Assembly (NCBI GenBank): GCA_026393095.1
Contig: JAPLAV010000046.1
Coordinates: 3,918 to 67,917 of the forward strand
Source of the DNA: Actinomycetota bacterium
GTDB taxonomy: Bacteria; Actinomycetota; Actinomycetes; S36-B12; UBA5976
Length of the DNA stretch: 64,000 bases
Reading direction: 5' to 3'
Within the stretch, counting starts at the first letter, position 1, and each line of letters begins with the position of its first letter. The translations under genes were made by a program, and so were the position numbers. The notes beneath the pieces were generated by a model. That model did not search any database and was not told the origin of the DNA. It was given only the letters and a program-made list of their open reading frames with translations. Positions 58,792-64,000 of this stretch are shown piece after piece.

Positions 58792-59622
58792 TCAATAAGC
58801 CCAAGGAGCCCAGCCGCGAACTATCCAGCCGTTGTAAGCAACTAGGTCTTGATCTCTACAACTTGCTTTATCGGGCTTGGAAGCAAACTGCTTGCCACCA
58901 TAGGTTTTCCAAAAAGCAGGACTCATTTGCCAGCGACCTCGGTATTTGCCACTTCGACCAATCGCCTTGCAGTTTCGATGGGATTCTTTCATTGAAATAA
59001 ACCGAGCAAACGCACTTACTCGCCAAACTTCAAAGGGAACTAATTCTCTTGCTCCTCTGTAAAGCTTTACATCCTTGGTGAGAGTGATATCCCCTTTATA
59101 TTTGGCAACTACTTTCTTCTTCTTTTTTGATAACTTAACAACTTTGGTTTTCTTGCCTCGATCAATAGTTCGAGATGCATTTTCGGCAAGTATGGCTGCC
59201 ATTGCAGGATCTACTGCTATTGGTTGAGCTGCAACTTGTTCAGCAATTTTTTCATCAGATCTTTGTTCATCTAATGCTTCAAATATTTTGGTCCAACCAA
59301 TTTTTCCAAGGGATGTTCCATCATCAGAGTCCCCTAAGTCTTTATAGAAAGCTGCAATTGCTTTAGTAGTGGATGGTCCATATTTGCCATTGGCAGTTGA
59401 AATATCGTAACCAAGTTCAATTAATGCTGCTTGCACTTTTTTTACACTTGAATTATTTGAACCCTTGGTGAGTTTGCTTTTTCCTGGATAATCAGGAACT
59501 TCCATGACTATGGCAATTGCCATAGGAGTTGCTTGTGCTGAGAATTGAAAGTTTGTTGAGATTAAAGCGGCCAAGGCACCGATTATTAGATAACGGGTAG
59601 GGCGGCGTGTAAACGTCGTCAT
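58792..59622 (-). CDS. secreted peptidoglycan-binding protein with Rpf-like transglycosylase domain
   Basis: 276 aa. Signal peptide, a PG_binding_1-like repeat (VKKVQAALIELGYDISTANGKYGPSTTKAI), a Lys-rich linker, and a C-terminal MKESHRNC...GRWQMSPAFWKTYGG...GWAPW region resembling the Rpf core CESGGN...GLYQFSQSTW. Confidence 0.6.
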   Translation of the reverse strand: MTTFTRRPTRYLIIGALAALISTNFQFSAQATPMAIAIVMEVPDYPGKSKLTKGSNNSSVKKVQAALIELGYDISTANGKYGPSTTKAIAAFYKDLGDSDDGTSLGKIGWTKIFEALDEQRSDEKIAEQVAAQPIAVDPAMAAILAENASRTIDRGKKTKVVKLSKKKKKVVAKYKGDITLTKDVKLYRGARELVPFEVWRVSAFARFISMKESHRNCKAIGRSGKYRGRWQMSPAFWKTYGGKQFASKPDKASCRDQDLVAYNGWIVRGWAPWAY

Positions 59623-59663
59623 CCTTCGAGGCTACAACACTTAAATGAACTAGGCTCCCCGAG

Positions 59664-60176
59664 TTAGCGCAAGTTGTGGATACCTTCGTGTGTTAATAAT
59701 AACTTCTTGAGGGAAACACCAAATGCGTAATTCCCAATAGCCCCACCAGTCTTCACCACACGATGACATGGAATAAATGGCGCAATTAGATTCTTGGCAC
59801 AAGCAGATCCAGCAGCTCGAACTGCTTTTGAATTTCCTGCTTTTTGAGCAAGATCTGCATAACTAATAACTTTTCCACCTTTTACTTTTCTTAACATTTT
59901 CCAACAGCTTTGCATGAAATCTCCGCCAGGTTGCAAAACTTTTAATTGGGCAAATGCGTCCAAGTCACCATCAACCCAATCATTAACAACTGCAGTAACA
60001 CCGGCTAATTTTGTATCTTTTTTGATATCAAATTCTATGTACTTCTCAGGCAGTTGTTTCATTAATTTTGCTAATGGCTTAAAGCCTGCTGCAATTACTG
60101 TTGGAGTATTGGTGACATCCACAACGCTAGCAATTTTTCCCCAAGGGGTAGAAATCTCGTGCGTTAACAGTTTCAT
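59664..60176 (-). CDS. ogt: methylated-DNA--protein-cysteine methyltransferase
   Basis: 170 aa with the active site IPCHRVV and the helix-turn-helix block ISYADLAQKAGNSKAVRAAGSA. Confidence 0.9.
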   Translation of the reverse strand: MKLLTHEISTPWGKIASVVDVTNTPTVIAAGFKPLAKLMKQLPEKYIEFDIKKDTKLAGVTAVVNDWVDGDLDAFAQLKVLQPGGDFMQSCWKMLRKVKGGKVISYADLAQKAGNSKAVRAAGSACAKNLIAPFIPCHRVVKTGGAIGNYAFGVSLKKLLLTHEGIHNLR

Positions 60177-60177
60177 T

Positions 60178-60651
60178 TTACGGTTGAGTACTAGTCGAAT
60201 CTATTTGTTCTGGGAAAGGTTCAGGAAGGTCATAACCAGTAATTATAGTGGCAAATTCATCTGCTTCAAAAGCTGGATAAGGAGTTAGTTTTTGAATACC
60301 TGCTACTTGAGCTAATTTTGTGGCAGCTTCGATGGCATCTGGTCGATATAGCAATTCACTGGTTTCAATATTTCTTTTCTTATAGTTATCAATTTTGGTA
60401 ACAAAGACTCCAAAAGTTTCTAAACGAGAAGCAAGTCTGGTACTTAAACCTTCGCGGTTAGTCCCATTAAGAATGGTGACCACCATTTTGTCTAAGGTAA
60501 CTACCCCATCTTCAACAGATGCCGAAGGTTGAGGATTCAAGATTGCTTCAATTCGATTGGCTCGATAATTTGATAAAGCAGCACTGGCAATAACGCTGAT
60601 CACCAATAAAGCAAGAACTGAACCAAGAATGATTTGGGTGCGCTTATTCAT
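60178..60651 (-). CDS. LytR C-terminal (LytR_C) domain membrane-anchored protein
   Basis: 157 aa with an N-terminal TM helix followed by VVTILNGTNREGLSTRLASRLETFGV, typical of LytR_C. Confidence 0.7.
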   Translation of the reverse strand: MNKRTQIILGSVLALLVISVIASAALSNYRANRIEAILNPQPSASVEDGVVTLDKMVVTILNGTNREGLSTRLASRLETFGVFVTKIDNYKKRNIETSELLYRPDAIEAATKLAQVAGIQKLTPYPAFEADEFATIITGYDLPEPFPEQIDSTSTQP

Positions 60652-60676
60652 TGAAACTAAACCTACTTAATGGTTG

Positions 60677-62002
60677 TTATTTGGCAAGCATTTCTGATAC
60701 TTGGAAAGCTAATTCCAATGCTTGCACGCGGTTTAGTCTTGGATCACAAGCAGTTTCGTAACGCATTGGTAAGTCTTTTTCCATAACGCCTGAAATTCCA
60801 CCAATACATTCAGTTACATCGTCTCCTGTTAATTCAATATGCATTCCACCAGGATGAGTTCCTAATTGGCGATGAACTGTAAAGAAATCTTTGATTTCAC
60901 TTAAGACATCACTAAATTCTCTAGTCTTTAATCCAGATGCTGATTCTCTAGTGTTGCCATGCATTGGATCACAAACCCAAATAACAGGATGTCCTGATTT
61001 TTCAACAGCTTCAATGATGGGAGGTAACTTCTCTAATACATTTCCCACACCCATACGGCTAATTAAAGTTAATCTTCCTGGTGTTTTATCAGGATCAAGT
61101 TTTTGAACCATTTTTACAACATCGGCAGGATCTGCTTTTGGTCCAACTTTGCAACCAATTGGATTTTGAATAGAGGACATGAACTCAGCATGTGCACCAT
61201 TTGGTTCACGAGTTCTTTCTCCCATCCATAAGAAGTGAGCAGAAGTGTCGTAAGTTCTACCGGTTACATAATCAGTTCTTGACATTGCTTTTTCGTAATC
61301 AAGTAGTAATGCTTCGTGAGCGGTAAAGAATTCAACTGATCTAAATTCAACGGGATCAGCACCACAAGCATGCATGAATGCAAGGGCGCGATCAATATCT
61401 TTTGCTAATTGATCATATTTTTTACCTGAATCAGAATTTGCAACGAAATCTCTGTTCCAAGCATGAACCATTCTTAAGTCAGCAGAACCATCTTGAGAAA
61501 AAGATCTAATTAAGTTTAATGTGGCATTTGAAGATTTGTAGGCTCTAATTAATCTTTGTGGATCTGGTCTTCTAGCTTCTGGGGTAAATGCAACATCGTT
61601 AATGGCATCACCACGGTATGAAGGAAGAGAGATTCCATTAATCGTTTCTTCATTTGAACTTCTTGGTTTGAAGTATTGTCCAGCAATTCGACCAACTTTA
61701 ACTACTGGAAGTGTTGCGCCATAAGTTAAAACAACTGCCATTTGTAGAACTGTTTTTAATCTTGCTCTTACAGAATTTGCAGTATTAGCAGCAAAAGTTT
61801 CAGCACAATCTCCACCTGTTAAGAAGAATGCTTCACCACGTGAAACATCAGCAAGTCTTTGAGTTAATAAATCACATTCACTAGCAAATACCAATGGAGG
61901 TAAAGCTTTAAGTTCTTTGACGACGCGATTTAGTTCACCAGCGTCAGGCCATTCAGGCTGCTGTTTCGCTGATGTAACCGCTGGGGAATTTTGCGGTGAC
62001 AT
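60677..62002 (-). CDS. aroH: class II 3-deoxy-7-phosphoheptulonate (DAHP) synthase
   Basis: 441 aa. The N-terminal QQPEWPD, GGDCAE, RIAGQYFKPRS, WMGERTR and CDPMHGN motifs are characteristic of plant-like/actinobacterial type II DAHPS. Confidence 0.92.
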   Translation of the reverse strand: MSPQNSPAVTSAKQQPEWPDAGELNRVVKELKALPPLVFASECDLLTQRLADVSRGEAFFLTGGDCAETFAANTANSVRARLKTVLQMAVVLTYGATLPVVKVGRIAGQYFKPRSSNEETINGISLPSYRGDAINDVAFTPEARRPDPQRLIRAYKSSNATLNLIRSFSQDGSADLRMVHAWNRDFVANSDSGKKYDQLAKDIDRALAFMHACGADPVEFRSVEFFTAHEALLLDYEKAMSRTDYVTGRTYDTSAHFLWMGERTREPNGAHAEFMSSIQNPIGCKVGPKADPADVVKMVQKLDPDKTPGRLTLISRMGVGNVLEKLPPIIEAVEKSGHPVIWVCDPMHGNTRESASGLKTREFSDVLSEIKDFFTVHRQLGTHPGGMHIELTGDDVTECIGGISGVMEKDLPMRYETACDPRLNRVQALELAFQVSEMLAK

Positions 62003-62004
62003 TT

Positions 62005-63039
62005 TTACGCTCCAAAAAAAGCGGTAGCTTCGCGGTATCTCTCCGCTGGAACTGTCTTTAATACTCCTGTTGCACTTTCTAATGCAACTCTAACAATGTT
62101 TGTGCCATGAAGGGCAACCATTTGTCCGAAAGCGCCATCATTTAATGCATCTGCTGCTGCAAGTCCTAAACGATTTCCCAGATTTCTATCAAAAGCAACT
62201 GGAGTTCCTCCACGTTGCAAATGTCCTAACACAACACTTCTTGATTCAATTCCAGTTAATTCTTCTAATCTCTTGGCTAAACCTTCACCAACACCAGAAA
62301 GTTTCACGTGACCAAAAGCATCAAGTGTTGAGTCTTTTGTTACTAAATCTCCATCAGTGCTTAGCGCACCTTCGGCAACTACCACGATTGCGTATTGATC
62401 TCTTTCAAATCTCTTTTTAACCCAAGTTGCAACTTGGTTAATGTCATATTTTTCTTCTGGAATCAAAGTTACTGCTGCGTCTCCAGCCATTCCTGTTTCT
62501 AATGCAATCCAGCCAGCGTGACGTCCCATTACTTCAACGACTAATACGCGGTGATGAGAACGAGCGGTGGTGTGTAAACGATCTACAGCTTCAGTAGCAA
62601 TTGCTACAGAAGTTTGAAAACCAAAGGTGTAATCAGTGTTTGATAGATCATTATCAATAGTTTTTGGAACCCCAATTACTTTGAAATTCTTTTTATGCAA
62701 TTGTGTAGCAACACCAAGGGTGTCTTCTCCACCAATTGCAATTAGAGCATCAACATTAAGTTTTTTTAAGTTTTCTTCAATGCGAGCTACGCCGTTTTCA
62801 ATTTTAATGGGGTTAGTTCGAGAAGATCCAAGAATTGTGCCACCTTCGTCATTGATGTGAGCAACGTCAGCCAAAGTTACGGGACGAGTTAATCCTTCTA
62901 AAGGACCTTTCCAACCATCTTTGAAACCAACAAATTCATATTTGTATGCGTTGATACCTTTGGTGACAACACCACGGATGACGTTATTTAATCCTGGAGC
63001 GTCTCCGCCACCAGTAAGAATGCCAACGCGCATTTTCAA
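62005..63039 (-). CDS. pfkA: 6-phosphofructokinase (actinobacterial clade; phosphoryl donor not assignable)
   Basis: 344 aa with GILTGGGDAPGLN, IGGEDTL, PKTIDNDL, MGRHAGW and LGHLQRGG motifs. Confidence 0.9.
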   Translation of the reverse strand: MKMRVGILTGGGDAPGLNNVIRGVVTKGINAYKYEFVGFKDGWKGPLEGLTRPVTLADVAHINDEGGTILGSSRTNPIKIENGVARIEENLKKLNVDALIAIGGEDTLGVATQLHKKNFKVIGVPKTIDNDLSNTDYTFGFQTSVAIATEAVDRLHTTARSHHRVLVVEVMGRHAGWIALETGMAGDAAVTLIPEEKYDINQVATWVKKRFERDQYAIVVVAEGALSTDGDLVTKDSTLDAFGHVKLSGVGEGLAKRLEELTGIESRSVVLGHLQRGGTPVAFDRNLGNRLGLAAADALNDGAFGQMVALHGTNIVRVALESATGVLKTVPAERYREATAFFGA

Positions 63040-63088
63040 ACATCCTTAAGTAATTAAGTAGTGAAGTCTTAATTTTATCGTAAACGCA

Positions 63089-63775
63089 CTATTCGCGTTC
63101 TTTAAGGGCTTCCTTGGCTGCTGAAGCATAAATATCTACATATTCTTGTCCGGATAATTCCCGGATTGCTTCCATAATTTCGTTAGTGACCTTTCTTAAA
63201 GTCTCAGCATTTCGAGCATCACCGTAGTGAGCTGAGAAGTCCAAAGGCTTACCAAAAATGATTCCAACTCGTCCAACTTTAGGAACCATTCGATCTGCAG
63301 GCTGTAATTCGTAAGTGCCAATCATGGCAACTGGAACTACTGGAACTTTTGCTTCTAATGCCATACGAGCAACACCAGTTCGACCTCTATAAAGTCTGCC
63401 ATCTGGAGATCTTGTTCCTTCTGGATAAATTCCTAGGGCATCACCTTTATTTAAAATGTCAATTGCAGTTCGCAATGCTGCTTCTGCAGCAGAGCCACCT
63501 GCTCTATCAATTGGAACTTGTCCAACACCTGTGAAAAATAATTTAGAAACAAAACCTTTAATTCCAGAACCACGCCAGTAATCAATCTTTGCTAAAAATG
63601 TAATTCTTCTTCTAACCATTAGTGGGAGAAAAATAGAATCAATAAAAGAATTATGGTTGGGAGCGAAAATTACTCCACCAGTTTTAGGAATATTTCTTTT
63701 GCCTTTTGTCCAAGGTCTAAACATTAAACGTAAAGGAATCCACAAGAAAACGTATTTCACAACATAGTAAAACAC
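63089..63775 (-). CDS. plsC: 1-acyl-sn-glycerol-3-phosphate acyltransferase (PlsC family)
   Basis: 228 aa with a GTG start, the HxxxxD motif in APNHNSFIDS, and the IYPEGTRS motif. Confidence 0.85.
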   Translation of the reverse strand: MFYYVVKYVFLWIPLRLMFRPWTKGKRNIPKTGGVIFAPNHNSFIDSIFLPLMVRRRITFLAKIDYWRGSGIKGFVSKLFFTGVGQVPIDRAGGSAAEAALRTAIDILNKGDALGIYPEGTRSPDGRLYRGRTGVARMALEAKVPVVPVAMIGTYELQPADRMVPKVGRVGIIFGKPLDFSAHYGDARNAETLRKVTNEIMEAIRELSGQEYVDIYASAAKEALKERE

Positions 63776-63850
63776 TTTTGTCTCAGATCTCCTTATTCGT
63801 TTTTGCTAGAGCAATAGAATACATTGCTTGAATATAGATGTTAAATCTCT

Positions 63851-64000
63851 TCACAAATCAAGGACAAATGGGCGCTTTGTTGCTCTAAAGTGACCAACAT
63901 TTATACATTCTGTTTTTCCCACTCTGGTTCTACTTGCAAGTGGTTGATGGACATGACCAAAGAGAGAATATTTGGGTTGATACTTCTTTATGTATTCCAA
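63851..64000 (-). CDS. metallophosphoesterase, C-terminal 49 codons (5' part outside window)
   Basis: Reverse-strand translation from the window edge gives LEYIKKYQPKYSLFGHVHQPLASRTRVGKTECINVGHFRATKRPFVLDL, with the stop at 63851-63853. GHVH is the last metal-binding motif of calcineurin-like phosphoesterases. Confidence 0.6.
   Translation of the reverse strand: MEYIKKYQPKYSLFGHVHQPLASRTRVGKTECINVGHFRATKRPFVLDL

Noticed and set aside
1-64000. CRISPR arrays, rRNA and tRNA genes, tandem repeats and IS elements.
   Set aside because: Reading the intergenic regions (all 303 nt or shorter), I found no repeat-spacer periodicity, no cloverleaf-like tRNA candidates, no rRNA-like segments and no transposase-like ORFs. 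This is a by-eye scan only; tRNAscan-SE and Infernal would confirm it.

Overview
This is an AT-rich, tightly packed chromosomal core segment with classic actinobacterial gene order. Together with the short spacers and many 4-nt start/stop overlaps, that suggests a genome-streamlined actinobacterium, possibly a freshwater acI/Nanopelagicales-like lineage; the lineage is inference only. No rRNA, tRNA, CRISPR array, transposase or integrase was recognised.

Gene content, left to right:
- A partial VIT-family gene, then lgt, a DsbA-like gene and trpA-trpB-trpC, a small HGxxPAAW protein, and trpE, fused to hisI, hisF, hisA/priA, hisH, hisB and hisD on the minus strand. hisC is absent from its usual slot.
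- dnaE, rluD, lspA and ileS.
- The division/cell-wall (dcw) region: divIVA, yggT, sepF, yggS, pgeF, ftsZ, then an interruption, then ftsQ, murC, murG, ftsW, murD, mraY, murF, murE, ftsI, ftsL-like, rsmH and mraZ.
- A phosphatidylcholine-synthase-like gene and small membrane proteins.
- A translationally coupled dnaE2-dinB pair with a perfect actinobacterial SOS box upstream.
- A carotenoid cluster: a CruF-like membrane protein, a GT2-like gene, crtE, crtI, crtB and a split lycopene cyclase.
- An Rpf-like wall hydrolase, ogt, a LytR_C protein, class II DAHP synthase, pfkA, plsC and a partial metallophosphoesterase.

Most notable observations:
1. The normally contiguous ftsQ-ftsZ junction is split by a 7.3 kb opposite-strand block (pntAA-pntAB-pntB, two nuclease genes, gabD).
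2. That block holds a translationally coupled pair of Cas4-like 4-Cys PD-(D/E)XK nuclease genes. Together they carry three paralogous domains, one catalytically degenerate, with no helicase partner.
3. A GC-rich ~82-nt hairpin lies between mraZ and rsmH, consistent with the mraW RNA motif.
4. Helically phased TGGG repeats lie upstream of mraZ.
5. The SOS-box intergenic region is highly structured.

All functional calls rest on motif reading and synteny by eye; no database search was run.
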